The notes under the pieces are model-generated. The model was not told where the DNA came from. It saw only the letters and a list, made by a program, of their open reading frames with translations, and searched no databases. DNA of 64,000 nt, taken from positions 99,693 to 163,692 of the forward strand of contig CAZVUY010000002.1 of NCBI GenBank assembly GCA_964630525.1. Reading direction: 5' to 3'. The DNA is from an uncultured Candidatus Saccharibacteria bacterium (lineage in GTDB: Bacteria > Patescibacteriota > Minisyncoccia > Phycocordibacterales > WO2-35-19). Of the stretch, positions 17,759 through 27,819 are shown one piece after another. The number at the start of each line of letters is the position of its first letter. The first letter of the stretch is position 1. The position numbers were made by a program, and so were the translations under genes.

Positions 17759-19488
17759 AAATGCTAGGCATCATCAGGCGGTTTTTTGGTAGATTCAATA
17801 GAAGAAGTTATACCGATATTGATCCGGATTTGATTTTTCTTGATTCGAAAAATTTGCCAGAGTTTGATACTTACCAGCTGGAGGGTCGTCTCGAAAAACC
17901 TATTTCTAAAAAAGCATTTGGGGTTTTCCAGGTTTTGTGTTTGCTCGTATTGTTAGTCTTTATTTCCAAGATTGGTCATTTGCAGATCGTCGAGGGTCAA
18001 GTTTATCGAGAGCGAAGCGAAAATAATAAACTCAAACAAATTTTGATTGTCGCCCCTCGAGGGATGATCGTGAGTCGCGATGGCGAATCCCTCGCTTGGA
18101 ATCAACAACCACTTGGTGCAAACGGAGAAACGCAGGATTTTTCCCATCGCAAATATACCGATCGTGAAGGTTTCGGCAATCTACTCGGGTTTATCAAATA
18201 TCCCGCTAAAGACAAATCAGGTTTTTATTACGAAGAAGAATTTTTGCCCAAAGATGGGTTGGAGTTGTATTTAAATGAGATTGTCGCTGGTCGCAATGGT
18301 TTGGAATTTGTGGAAACTTCGGTAAACGGTGAAGTAGTTTCGGAAAGTGTGGTAAAGCCGCCAAAAATAGGCGACAATGCTCGGCTTTCTGTAGACGCAA
18401 GAGTTCAGGAGAAGTTTTATCACACCATCAAAGAGTTGGCCGGAAGAGTGGGTTTCCAAGGGGGTGCTGGTATTATCATGGACGTGCATTCGGGAGAAGT
18501 ACTCTCCATGGTGAGTTATCCAGAATACGACCCGGAAGTGATGACCGAAGGTGAGGATGCCAAACTGATTGACAGTTATTTTAAAAACCCCAATAACCCG
18601 TTTTTAAATCGAGTAATTGCTGGACTCTATACCCCAGGATCAATTATTAAACCTTTTGTCGCTCTAGCGGCGCTAGAAGAGAAGGTGATCAGCCCGCAGA
18701 AAGAAATAGTGAGCACCGGCCGGCTGGTGATCCCAAACCCTTATAATCCGGATAACCCGACTATTTTTCGTGACTGGAAAGCCCATGGAGCAGTCGATAT
18801 GAGGCGAGCGATCGCTGTTTCTTCGGACGTTTATTTTTATCAGATCGGCGGCGGGTTTGAGAATCAGAAAGGTTTGGGTGTTGAAAAGATCAAAAATTAT
18901 TTAGAAAACTTCGGCTTTACCAAGAAAACAGGTTTTGATAACTCAAAAGAAGAGATGGGTATAATACCTAGCCCCGAATGGAAGGCCAAGACTTTTAATG
19001 GTGAGATTTGGCGAGTGGGCGATACTTATAACACTTCGATTGGCCAATACAGCATGCAGATCACACCTATACAAGCGGCAGTCGCCACGGCTTCACTCGC
19101 GAATGGCGGCCACTTGGTGACCCCGTCTATTCTATTTACGGCGACCAGTACTGTAGCTTTTGGTGAGAAAGTGAAAGGTTCTCCAGAAAATTTCCAAATT
19201 GTAAAAGAAGGTATGAGACAGGCGGTACTTGAAGGCACGGCGGCGGGTTTGAATATGGGTGCGGTCGAGATCGCCGGCAAAACTGGGACAGCGGAACTCG
19301 GCGCCAGAAAACAATTTGTAAATTCGTGGGTGATTGGTTTTTTCCCTTATGAAAATCCAAAGTATGCTTTTGCGACCGTGATGGAGCGCGGTCCAGTCAC
19401 CAACCTAACCGGTGCTACTTATGTCATGCGCCAACTTTTTGATTGGATGTCGATCAACACCCCGGAGTATTTTAAGAATTCTCAATAA
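17740..19488 (+). CDS. mrdA: penicillin-binding protein 2-type transpeptidase
   Basis: SIIKPF (SxxK), SSD (SxN) and KTGTA motifs; mre context. Confidence 0.85.
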   Translation: MAKKNIKMLGIIRRFFGRFNRRSYTDIDPDLIFLDSKNLPEFDTYQLEGRLEKPISKKAFGVFQVLCLLVLLVFISKIGHLQIVEGQVYRERSENNKLKQILIVAPRGMIVSRDGESLAWNQQPLGANGETQDFSHRKYTDREGFGNLLGFIKYPAKDKSGFYYEEEFLPKDGLELYLNEIVAGRNGLEFVETSVNGEVVSESVVKPPKIGDNARLSVDARVQEKFYHTIKELAGRVGFQGGAGIIMDVHSGEVLSMVSYPEYDPEVMTEGEDAKLIDSYFKNPNNPFLNRVIAGLYTPGSIIKPFVALAALEEKVISPQKEIVSTGRLVIPNPYNPDNPTIFRDWKAHGAVDMRRAIAVSSDVYFYQIGGGFENQKGLGVEKIKNYLENFGFTKKTGFDNSKEEMGIIPSPEWKAKTFNGEIWRVGDTYNTSIGQYSMQITPIQAAVATASLANGGHLVTPSILFTATSTVAFGEKVKGSPENFQIVKEGMRQAVLEGTAAGLNMGAVEIAGKTGTAELGARKQFVNSWVIGFFPYENPKYAFATVMERGPVTNLTGATYVMRQLFDWMSINTPEYFKNSQ

Positions 19489-19507
19489 AAATTTAATAAA
19501 TAGAAAA

Positions 19508-19527
19508 GGGACCGATTGCTCGGTCCC
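19508..19527. terminator. GC hairpin GGGACC-N8-GGTCCC, bidirectional; U-tract is on the minus strand
   Basis: Sits between the convergent mrdA gene and the 19549-20301 gene. Confidence 0.5.
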
Positions 19528-19548
19528 CTGTGTGGAGGGTGTTTCGCC

Positions 19549-20301
19549 TCATCCCTTTCCGGGATTGATGTCGACCCTCCTGTAGAAGATCTCGGTTTCG
19601 CACTTGCCACCTTGGCAGATGGTAAGTGTGGTTGGCCCGGGTTCAGGCAGAAAGAACGTGTCGATCGGGAACCCTACTCTGAAGACGTTGTTTCCAATTG
19701 GTTCCACAATGCTCGATACCGCTCCGCGGCCGATCGCGACCACCACACCTTTTTGGACTCTGGGCGAAGATAAATGGATCAGGTATCCTCCTCCGAAATC
19801 CACCGATTCCGCCACAACCTGCGTTGGCGAGTTACTCGGCTTTGCTGCCAAGTAAGTTTCCAGCTGCTGGACCTCTCCGCTACGGGTGAGACGGAAGACG
19901 TTCACCCAGCAAAGTCGGGGCGAAGATGGTGCTGCTTCGAGCAGCTTCGTGGTGTCTACTACCAGTAAGTGGTTGATGCCATTTACTATGTTGTAGTACC
20001 CAGTGTCCCCCAATCGCATGGGGGCACCTTCACAAGTTACCCCGCTGAAAAGATACAAGCCGGGTTGGGAGAAAGTTAGGAAGACCTTCTCCCCGGAGCC
20101 GTTGATTTGCTGCTCCCGTATGAGAGCAGCCCTTGGGATCGGTTGCATTTCTGCCGCCCGGACGCCTTTCGGTGCCGCTGACTCGACTGTTACCCAGGCT
20201 TGTGCCCGGGCTTCTTCAGAAAGCTTCTCTTGCCCGAAGGCGAGAAAAGCGGAAAATAACAGAAGTGAAAGTGTTTTCAAGGTTGTGTCTCCTGCGTCCA
20301 A
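19549..20301 (-). CDS. GC-rich secreted hypothetical protein, probably horizontally acquired
   Basis: Signal peptide LKTLSLLLFSAFLAFGQE; local GC clearly above flanks; many spurious overlapping ORFs in the same region. Confidence 0.5.
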   Translation of the reverse strand: MDAGDTTLKTLSLLLFSAFLAFGQEKLSEEARAQAWVTVESAAPKGVRAAEMQPIPRAALIREQQINGSGEKVFLTFSQPGLYLFSGVTCEGAPMRLGDTGYYNIVNGINHLLVVDTTKLLEAAPSSPRLCWVNVFRLTRSGEVQQLETYLAAKPSNSPTQVVAESVDFGGGYLIHLSSPRVQKGVVVAIGRGAVSSIVEPIGNNVFRVGFPIDTFFLPEPGPTTLTICQGGKCETEIFYRRVDINPGKG

Positions 20302-20367
20302 TTATACATCTATGCTGTATACTTGTCAAGTAGGCTGAAGGGGGAGGTTGGGATAGAATGAAAGGCA

Positions 20368-21633
20368 ATGAAATCTCTCCTCAAAAGTATTTTAGTAGCT
20401 ATTTTGGGCAATCAGGTGAGGAGGTTGCGAGCGAGGCGGAACCCAAAGATTGTCGGGGTGGTCGGCAGTATCGGCAAAACCAGTACCAAGCTCGCGATCG
20501 CCAAAGTACTCAGTTCTCATTATCGGGTGCGCTACCAAGAAGGCAATTATAATGACATCGTGAGTGTGCCTTTAGTTTTTTTTGGTCATCCAATGCCGAA
20601 ATTGTGGAATATTTTTGGTTGGCTCAAGATTTTTTTTCTCAATGAATTTCAAATCTTATTTCAATATCCTTTCGATTTTGTAGTGGTGGAGCTTGGTACT
20701 GATGCTCCGGGCCAGATCGCTTTATTTAGAAAATATTTGAATCTGGATGTAGCGGTCATCACCGCTGTAACACCCGAACACATGGAATTTTTCGATACTT
20801 TAGAAAAGGTGGCCGAAGAAGAGTGGTCGGTGAGCTTTTTTAGTAAGCAAGTTTTTGCCAATCGAGATTTGGTGGAGATTGTACCTGATCAGGTCGATCA
20901 TCAGAAAATCGTTTTCTATGGCAAAAATCCCGGTTCTTATTACAAGATCGATAATTTGCAAAAGAGGGCTGATAATTTTGAATTCAACTTGTTTGCTCAG
21001 GGTAAAGAAATCTTAAATTTGTCTTTGGCTACGGTCTCGGAAGTAGCGGTTTATAGTGCGGCTATAGCTGCCATCTTGGCTTTGCAATTTAAAATAGCTC
21101 CTGAAAAAATAAAAAAATCAATCGGTGAGCTGAAACCTTTTGCTGGTCGAATGCAAAAACTTTTAGGTAAGAAGGGTTCGATCATCATCGACGACACTTA
21201 CAATGCGAGCCCAGAATCGATGAGAATAGCCCTTACTACTTTGTATGCTCAGGAGGCGACCGAGCGGATCGCCATTCTCGGTATGATGAATGAATTAGGT
21301 ACGATTTCCAAAAGGGAGCATGAGAAAGTCGGCGCTCTTTGTGACCCTAAACTTTTAGACTTGGTGGTTACTATAGGCAGAGACGCCAATGAGTATTTGG
21401 CCAAGGCAGCTGAAGCTCGTGGTTGCCAAGTCTACCGAGCTCTAAACTCGAAAGATGCCGGCGAGTTTGTCAAAGAAAAAATAAAAAGTGGTGCAGTTAT
21501 TCTTGCTAAAGGTTCTCAAAACGGCGTCTTTGCCGAAGAAGCGGTTAAGGTGTTACTCAAAGATCGGGCTGATATCAGGAGACTGGTCAGGCAGGATAGG
21601 GATTGGCTATCTAAAAAGTCGATTGACTTTTAG
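20368..21633 (+). CDS. murF: UDP-MurNAc-tripeptide--D-Ala-D-Ala ligase
   Basis: Mur ligase motifs VGVVGSIGKTSTK and DDTYNASPESM. Confidence 0.85.
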   Translation: MKSLLKSILVAILGNQVRRLRARRNPKIVGVVGSIGKTSTKLAIAKVLSSHYRVRYQEGNYNDIVSVPLVFFGHPMPKLWNIFGWLKIFFLNEFQILFQYPFDFVVVELGTDAPGQIALFRKYLNLDVAVITAVTPEHMEFFDTLEKVAEEEWSVSFFSKQVFANRDLVEIVPDQVDHQKIVFYGKNPGSYYKIDNLQKRADNFEFNLFAQGKEILNLSLATVSEVAVYSAAIAAILALQFKIAPEKIKKSIGELKPFAGRMQKLLGKKGSIIIDDTYNASPESMRIALTTLYAQEATERIAILGMMNELGTISKREHEKVGALCDPKLLDLVVTIGRDANEYLAKAAEARGCQVYRALNSKDAGEFVKEKIKSGAVILAKGSQNGVFAEEAVKVLLKDRADIRRLVRQDRDWLSKKSIDF

Positions 21634-21678
21634 TCAAAATCAAATACAATATCTGCCATTATTTATATTCAAAATTAA

Positions 21679-22143
21679 ATGTCAGAAAAAGAATATCTTA
21701 CAAAAGAGAAGCATCAAACTCTAGTAGAAGAACTCGAATATTTGAAGAAAACCAAGCGCAAAGAAGTAGCGGAGCAGCTTGAGTATGCCAAATCTTTGGG
21801 TGATCTTTCTGAAAATGCCGAATATCACGAGGCGAGGGAAAACCAGGGCTTGATCGAAGACAGGATCAAGAAAATAGATTTAATTTTGAAAAATGCGGTT
21901 ATCGTCTCTTCTCATAAAACCGAATCAGTGGGTGTTGGAGCGGTGATCACGGTGACAAAAGAGGGAGACAAGAACGAAAAGACTTACACTGTCGTTGGTG
22001 GTGAAGAGTCAGACATTGCCGCAGGCAAAATATCGATTAATTCTCCATTTGGTCAGGCAGCGATGGGAAAAAGGAAAGGGGATAAGTTTACCTTTCAGGC
22101 ACCAGCTGGACCTGTTACTTACAAAATAATTGAGATAAAATAA
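21679..22143 (+). CDS. greA: transcription elongation factor GreA
   Basis: Typical GreA N-terminal coiled coil and C-terminal FKBP-like domain. Confidence 0.9.
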   Translation: MSEKEYLTKEKHQTLVEELEYLKKTKRKEVAEQLEYAKSLGDLSENAEYHEARENQGLIEDRIKKIDLILKNAVIVSSHKTESVGVGAVITVTKEGDKNEKTYTVVGGEESDIAAGKISINSPFGQAAMGKRKGDKFTFQAPAGPVTYKIIEIK

Positions 22144-22147
22144 CCAA

Positions 22148-23740
22148 GTGAGGTTAGATATCGAAAAGTCCCTACAAAGAGGCGAACATTGGAGTGAGGT
22201 GACAGCGAGGGAAGTCAAAGCTGTTTTTGGTGATGCTACTCTTTTTACTACCGCCGCCGGTATTAGCCCATCAGGAGTGGTGCATTTTGGCAATTTTAGA
22301 GACGTGATCACTTCTTATGCCACCCACCTCAAATTGAAAGAACAAGGTTTAAAGACCAAGATGATTTTCTCTTGGGACAACTTCGATCGTTTTCGCAAAG
22401 TACCAGTCAATATTCCGGAGGATTTCAAACAATATATCGGACTTCCTTTGAGCGCCGTACCGTCTCCTGTAGATGGTTTTTCTTCCTATGCCGAATATTT
22501 TCAAAAGCCGTTTGAGGAAGCGATGAAAGAGCTCGGCATAGATCTTGAATATCGTTATCAAACAGAAGAATACAAAAGTGGGCAGTATGATGAGTTTATT
22601 TTTCAGGCATTGAAACGTCGCCAAGACATTGCCAAGATCTTGCTTTCATTTATGACCGAGAAGGGTAAAGTCGAAGCGGGTATCGTCGAATCTGAATACA
22701 TCGAAAATTATTACCCGATCTCTGTTTACTCGAGGTTTACTGGCAAAGATGCGACCAAGGTGCTTTCATACGATGGCGAAAGATCGATCACTTACTATTG
22801 TGCGGAAACCAAAAATACTGAGACTGTTGATTTAGGCAAGGACAGGATCGCCAAATTGGCGTGGAAGGTGGATTGGCCGATGCGCTGGAAAGTAGAAAAT
22901 GTCGTCTTCGAGCCGGGTGGCCATGACCATGCTTCGCCCGGAGGCAGCTTCGATGTTTCGAGTGTTATCGCCAAAGAGATTTTCGGTATTACCGAGCCGG
23001 TGTTTGTCGAATACAAATTTGTCGGTATCCAGGGTGGTGGTACCAAAATGTCTGGTTCTAAAGGCAATGCGATCTCGCCCCAACAACTCTTGGAAATTTA
23101 CGAACCGGCGCTTTTGAAATGGCTATATTTGCGCAAAAATCCGAGCCAACCATTTAGTTTGGCTTTCGATACCGAAATCTATCGCCAGTACGACGAATTT
23201 GATCGAGCTTTGCAAGCAAACTCTGGTGAAGTCGCTTTGAAACTGAGTGGTGCAACCAAGCTTGAAAACCCGATCCCTTTTAAACAAGCGGTCTCGCTCG
23301 GGCAAATCACCCAATGGAATGAAGAGAAAGTTTTGAATTTGCTTGCTGATCTGAAAGCTGACTACGATCCGCTCTCGGTCAAAAATAGATTGCCCAAAGC
23401 CAAAAACTGGCTCAATGAATACAACCAAGAAGAAATGATCGGTCTCTTGAGAGAGGTCAATGTAGCCTATGTGACTACCATGAGCGAAGCGTCAAAACAG
23501 CAGGTGTGGAAGTTGAAGGAAGAGTTGGCCAAAGAATATTCTTCGATTGAGGAGTTGGAACATCTTGTTTACTCGATTCCAAAAGATAATACGAAAACTG
23601 ACAAAGAAAATGCGCCAGCCCAAAAAGAATTTTTCCGTCATGTCTACAACCTTTTGATCGGCAAAGACGCCGGTCCCCGCCTCTCCACCTTCCTCTGGGC
23701 CGTCGATCGAGATCTTGTGCTTAAATTGTTGAATATATAA
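22148..23740 (+). CDS. lysS: class I lysyl-tRNA synthetase
   Basis: HFGN (HIGH-like) and KMSGSKGN (KMSKS) motifs in about 530 aa, the class I LysRS pattern. Confidence 0.85.
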   Translation: MRLDIEKSLQRGEHWSEVTAREVKAVFGDATLFTTAAGISPSGVVHFGNFRDVITSYATHLKLKEQGLKTKMIFSWDNFDRFRKVPVNIPEDFKQYIGLPLSAVPSPVDGFSSYAEYFQKPFEEAMKELGIDLEYRYQTEEYKSGQYDEFIFQALKRRQDIAKILLSFMTEKGKVEAGIVESEYIENYYPISVYSRFTGKDATKVLSYDGERSITYYCAETKNTETVDLGKDRIAKLAWKVDWPMRWKVENVVFEPGGHDHASPGGSFDVSSVIAKEIFGITEPVFVEYKFVGIQGGGTKMSGSKGNAISPQQLLEIYEPALLKWLYLRKNPSQPFSLAFDTEIYRQYDEFDRALQANSGEVALKLSGATKLENPIPFKQAVSLGQITQWNEEKVLNLLADLKADYDPLSVKNRLPKAKNWLNEYNQEEMIGLLREVNVAYVTTMSEASKQQVWKLKEELAKEYSSIEELEHLVYSIPKDNTKTDKENAPAQKEFFRHVYNLLIGKDAGPRLSTFLWAVDRDLVLKLLNI

Positions 23741-23763
23741 CCAAAACTAATGAAGAAAAGGAA

Positions 23764-23791
23764 AAGCGGGCTTGTGTTGCCCGCTTTTTTG
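23764..23791 (+). terminator. rho-independent terminator after lysS
   Basis: AAGCGGGC-TTGTGTT-GCCCGCTT followed by TTTT. Confidence 0.6.
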
Positions 23792-23814
23792 TATCCAAGT
23801 CTTTTATCCACAGA

Positions 23815-23880
23815 AGGGAGTGGTAGACGATGGTGGTCTAGTGGTATAAAATGGAACCAAGTGGGAAGAAGTGGGGTAAA
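23815..23880 (+). promoter_or_regulatory. series of GTGG[GT] direct repeats with about 10-bp spacing upstream of mraZ (MraZ-box-like operator)
   Basis: GTGGT/GTGGG repeated at 23821, 23832, 23841, 23863, 23874; TATAAA -10 nearby. Confidence 0.35.
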
Positions 23881-24327
23881 TTTCGAAAAATGCTTATTGG
23901 AGAATATACACACACGATAGACGACAAAAACCGGATTTCTATGCCAGCCAAGTTCCGGTCTCTGATGGGTAAAAAAATCGTGATCACCCCGGGTTTGGAC
24001 CAGTGTTTGTTTGCCTTCACTGCCAAAGAGTGGGAAAGGATCGCGGTAAAACTTTCAGAAAATGCTTCGATGCTTTCTTCTGACATGCGCAGCTTCACTA
24101 GATATATGTTTGGTGGGGCCAGTGAAGTGGAGGTCGACAACATTGGACGAATTCTGGTTCCGGATTTCTTGCGAGAAAGAGCCAATCTGAAGTCGAAAGT
24201 CGTATTGATTGGTGTTCAAAATCGCATTGAAATATGGAACGAGAAGTCGTGGGCCGACTATAAGAGGCAGGTGGAAAAACAAGCCGACGGTTTAGCCGAA
24301 AAGCTTTCCGGTCTCGGCATTATGTAA
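23851..24327 (+). CDS. mraZ: transcriptional regulator MraZ (true start probably at internal MLIGEY, about 23890)
   Basis: Two DxxxR-containing MraZ repeats; heads mraZ-rsmH-ftsL-ftsI. Confidence 0.85.
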   Translation: MEPSGKKWGKFRKMLIGEYTHTIDDKNRISMPAKFRSLMGKKIVITPGLDQCLFAFTAKEWERIAVKLSENASMLSSDMRSFTRYMFGGASEVEVDNIGRILVPDFLRERANLKSKVVLIGVQNRIEIWNEKSWADYKRQVEKQADGLAEKLSGLGIM

Positions 24328-24333
24328 ACCACC

Positions 24334-25242
24334 ATGATCCACGAGAGTGTTCTTTTAAAAGAGGCAATAGACGGGCTCGACCTCCAACCAGGAGACGTGT
24401 ATTTGGACGCCACTCTTGGTTCTGGTTTTCACGCTGAAGAAGCTTGGAAGAGACTTCGCAAACAGGGGACGGTGGTTGGCATCGATGCCGACCAAATGTC
24501 ACTTGATATTGCGAGGGCCAACCTGGCTCTTTCTGGAGTGGAGGCCAAAACCACGGTTCTAAATTTCCGTCACCTTGACCAGGTGCAGGAGATTTTGGGG
24601 ATAGAGAGACCAAACAAAATACTTTTTGACTTGGGTTGGAACTCACCACAGTTTGCCGAAGGTGGGAGAGGATTTAGCTTCCAAAAAGACGAGCCACTTC
24701 TCATGACTTTCAGTCAGGAAGTCAAAGAGTCCGACGTGACCGCCTATGATGTGGTCAACGACTGGAGCGAAGAGAGTTTGGCCGACATCATCTATGGCTA
24801 TGGGGAAGAGAAATATGCGAGACGGATCGCTAAAGCAATAGTCCAAAAGCGCAACGAGAGACCGATCAATTCTTCCTTGGAGCTGGCGCAGGTGGTGAAG
24901 TCTGCGGTACCGATCTTTTACCGCTTCGGCAGGATCCACCCAGCCACCCGTACCTTCCAGGCTATCCGGATCGCGGTCAATGATGAGCTTGGGGCGCTAG
25001 AAGAAGGCTTGACCAAAGGTTTTGAGATCATTCCTGATCAAGGTCGGCTAGCGGTGATTTCCTTCCACAGCTTAGAAGATCGAATCGTCAAAAATTTTTT
25101 CAAGTCAAAAAAAATGAGCGGTGAGGCAGAACTCTTGACCAAAAAACCCATTTTACCGACCGAAGCTGAAATAAAAAGAAATCCCAGGAGTCGTAGTGCC
25201 AAACTAAGAATAATCAAAAAGGTAAAAACCAATAATCAATAA
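24334..25242 (+). CDS. rsmH: 16S rRNA m4C1402 methyltransferase
   Basis: LDATLGSGFHAEE SAM motif; dcw position. Confidence 0.9.
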   Translation: MIHESVLLKEAIDGLDLQPGDVYLDATLGSGFHAEEAWKRLRKQGTVVGIDADQMSLDIARANLALSGVEAKTTVLNFRHLDQVQEILGIERPNKILFDLGWNSPQFAEGGRGFSFQKDEPLLMTFSQEVKESDVTAYDVVNDWSEESLADIIYGYGEEKYARRIAKAIVQKRNERPINSSLELAQVVKSAVPIFYRFGRIHPATRTFQAIRIAVNDELGALEEGLTKGFEIIPDQGRLAVISFHSLEDRIVKNFFKSKKMSGEAELLTKKPILPTEAEIKRNPRSRSAKLRIIKKVKTNNQ

Positions 25243-25255
25243 AATAAAAATCAAC

Positions 25256-25579
25256 ATGGCAAGTATCGCAAAAGAAAAAGCAATAAATCTGATGACCAGC
25301 CAATGGCTTGTTTATATTTTGGTTGCCATGATTTTCGCTTGTGTAGCCATGTATGTTTATTTGGCCAATTCGACCGTCAGGACGCTGGCCGTTCTAGAAA
25401 AAACAAAAACAGAAGTACAAACGCGCAATATTGGGGTGAGTGAGCTCGAAGCCAAACGACTCTCGATCGACAACAGCTTGAGTAGCTCTATGGCTAAGAG
25501 TCTGGGTTTGCGAGAGGTGACTGATCAGACTTTTATAGTGAACAAGGCTAAGAGCAAACTTTCTTTTAATACCGAATAA
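25256..25579 (+). CDS. ftsL: FtsL-like cell division protein (single TM)
   Basis: Small bitopic protein between rsmH and ftsI. Confidence 0.45.
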   Translation: MASIAKEKAINLMTSQWLVYILVAMIFACVAMYVYLANSTVRTLAVLEKTKTEVQTRNIGVSELEAKRLSIDNSLSSSMAKSLGLREVTDQTFIVNKAKSKLSFNTE

Positions 25580-25594
25580 TTTTAGACTAAGATA

Positions 25595-27316
25595 ATGAAC
25601 GGTAGGATACGACTTATATCGGGTAGTATCGTTTTCTTGGCGCTACTTCTGATTGCTAGGCTTTATTTTTTGCAAATCGTACACGGTGAATCCTTCGTCG
25701 CTGAAGCCGAGCGTCAATATGTAAACAAAAACACCGTTTCTTATGATCGCGGTGAAATTTATTTTGAGACCAAAAACAGTGAAAAGGTGCCAGCCGCTAT
25801 CTCTCGTTCTGGCTTCACGATCTCAATAAACCCAAGTATCATCAAAGATCCGGAGGCTATCTATCAATCACTCAGAAAAGTGCTGCCACTTGATCGGGAA
25901 GAGTTTCTGGCTAAGGCTGGCAAAGCAAACGACAAGAATGAAGAAATAGCCAATCGTTTGAATAAAGAGGCTGCTGATAAAATAAAAAATCTCAATCTTT
26001 ATGGTGTGAATATCGCTACCGACAAATGGCGGTTTTACCCGGGTAATAGTTTGGCGGCACAAAGCATTGGTTTTGTTGCTTACAAAGACGACGCTTTGGC
26101 CGGACGTTATGGTTTGGAGAGGTATTATGAAGATGTCTTGAGGCGCGATCCAAGAAGTGCTTATGATAATTTTTTTGCTGAATTTTTCTCAAGTGTTAAA
26201 CAGACTTTTGGTACTGGTTCGAATCAAGAGGGTGATATTGTGACTACGATTGAGCCATCGACCCAACTTTTTCTAGAGGATGAATTGAAAAATATAAAAC
26301 AAACATGGGGGAGCGATGGTGCTGGAGGTGTTGTTATAAACCCCAAAAATGGTGAGATAGCAGCACTCGCTTGGTACCCTTCTTACAATCCCAACAACTT
26401 CAAAGAAAGTGAAGTCTCCCTGTTTAATAACCCGATCGTAGAAGGGGTATATGAAATGGGTTCGATCATCAAACCGATCAGTATGGCGGCCGGTATCGAC
26501 AGTGGCACCGTCTCAGCTACTAGCACGTATTATGATGCGGGTTTTTTGGTTTTGAACAACAAAAGAATTTCTAATTATGACAACCGGGGCCGAGGTCTAG
26601 TAAATATGCAAGAGGTACTCAACCAATCTTTGAATACCGGGGTGGCTCATGTGGCGATGAAAATGGGTAATAAAAAATTCTCTGAGTACATGAAGAGTTT
26701 CGGGGTGGGTATGGAGACCGGGGTAGATTTGCCAAACGAAGCGAGAGGGCTCATTGACAACCTTGATAGTGAACGGGAGATTGAAATGGCAACAGCGGCC
26801 TATGGTCAAGGTATTGCGATGACTCCCATTGCCACCGTACGTGCTCTTTCGGCTCTAGCGAACGGTGGTACGCTAGTGACGCCGCATTTGGTTAAAAAAA
26901 TAGAATACGAGACCGGACTTTTCAAAAGAATATCTTTCCCCGAAGGTAAGCAGGTGATCAAGAAGGAAACTTCGGATGAGATATCGAGAATGTTGGTGAA
27001 AGTGGTAGATACTGCGCTCCGCAATGGTACGGCCAAAATACCTGGCTACTCGGTCGCTGCGAAAACTGGTACGGCTCAGATGACTGATGAGGGTAGGCGA
27101 GGTTATGCCGAGGGCAAGTATCTCCACTCCTTTTTTGGTTACTTCCCAGCTTACGATCCGAAATTTCTAGTTTTTCTTTTCCACATTTATCCTAAAAATG
27201 TACGTTATGCTTCAGAAACATTGACCGATCCATTTATCAATATTACAAAATTTCTAATAAATTATTATCAGATCCCACCCGACAGACCAGAGGATGTGGC
27301 AATTAAAAATATTTAA
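25595..27316 (+). CDS. ftsI: penicillin-binding protein 3-type transpeptidase
   Basis: SIIKPI, SLNTG and KTGTA motifs; dcw context. Confidence 0.85.
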   Translation: MNGRIRLISGSIVFLALLLIARLYFLQIVHGESFVAEAERQYVNKNTVSYDRGEIYFETKNSEKVPAAISRSGFTISINPSIIKDPEAIYQSLRKVLPLDREEFLAKAGKANDKNEEIANRLNKEAADKIKNLNLYGVNIATDKWRFYPGNSLAAQSIGFVAYKDDALAGRYGLERYYEDVLRRDPRSAYDNFFAEFFSSVKQTFGTGSNQEGDIVTTIEPSTQLFLEDELKNIKQTWGSDGAGGVVINPKNGEIAALAWYPSYNPNNFKESEVSLFNNPIVEGVYEMGSIIKPISMAAGIDSGTVSATSTYYDAGFLVLNNKRISNYDNRGRGLVNMQEVLNQSLNTGVAHVAMKMGNKKFSEYMKSFGVGMETGVDLPNEARGLIDNLDSEREIEMATAAYGQGIAMTPIATVRALSALANGGTLVTPHLVKKIEYETGLFKRISFPEGKQVIKKETSDEISRMLVKVVDTALRNGTAKIPGYSVAAKTGTAQMTDEGRRGYAEGKYLHSFFGYFPAYDPKFLVFLFHIYPKNVRYASETLTDPFINITKFLINYYQIPPDRPEDVAIKNI

Positions 27317-27324
27317 AAAGATGT

Positions 27325-27348
27325 GCCCCCAACCGTAAGGTTGGGGGC
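27325..27348. terminator. bidirectional GC hairpin GCCCCCAACC-GTAA-GGTTGGGGGC between convergent ftsI and the XRE gene
   Basis: Perfect 10-bp stem; U-rich on the minus-strand side. Confidence 0.55.
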
Positions 27349-27361
27349 ATCCCATTCTCTT

Positions 27362-27688
27362 TCAATGTCGTCCGCGATATCCACGCCGCCGACTTCTCTG
27401 CTGCAGTACCGATGAGTGCAGATGAAATTTAACTTTTCTTTTTCTTCTAGGATGAATGATCCCGAGAAGTTGCCCGGCTTTGCCACGAAGTTTTTTGGAC
27501 AAAGCGAGCGCCACAATGATCTTCTGGAAGTCACTCCTAGTCGGGTTGACGACTCCATGCTCAAGCTTGACTATCACCTCAACCTGGAGACCTGTCCGTT
27601 GCGCAAGAGTCTCTCTATCGAGTCCCTTTTTCTCCCGCACCTTTCGGAGCAGGGAACCGAGCCCGTCTCTGGCCTCATGACTACTCAT
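27362..27688 (-). CDS. XRE-family HTH transcriptional regulator with basic C-terminus, in a GC-rich patch
   Basis: LRKVREKKGLDRETLAQRTGLQVEVIVKLEHGVVNP helix-turn-helix. Confidence 0.55.
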   Translation of the reverse strand: MSSHEARDGLGSLLRKVREKKGLDRETLAQRTGLQVEVIVKLEHGVVNPTRSDFQKIIVALALSKKLRGKAGQLLGIIHPRRKRKVKFHLHSSVLQQRSRRRGYRGRH

Positions 27689-27770
27689 CTAAAACACCTC
27701 CTTTTATTATCTAACCACTTCTTGGTTGAGGTTGCAAATTAAAAATCGAATAAATTAATAATATCAAAAG

Positions 27771-27793
27771 ATGTCAAAGGGCACCTTTGACAT
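27771..27793 (-). terminator. hairpin ATGTCAAAGG-GCA-CCTTTGACAT downstream of tRNA-Glu
   Basis: 10-bp perfect stem; U-rich tail on the minus strand. Confidence 0.45.
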
Positions 27794-27819
27794 TTGAAAA
27801 CGTGGTGTGATAAACCCCA

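Noticed and set aside
19516-20338. Cluster of overlapping plus-strand ORFs (19516, 19604, 19698, 19774, 20003, 20133)
   Set aside because: These are artefacts of the locally GC-rich sequence, where stop codons are rare. Only the minus-strand 19549-20301 ORF has a signal peptide and a coherent frame.
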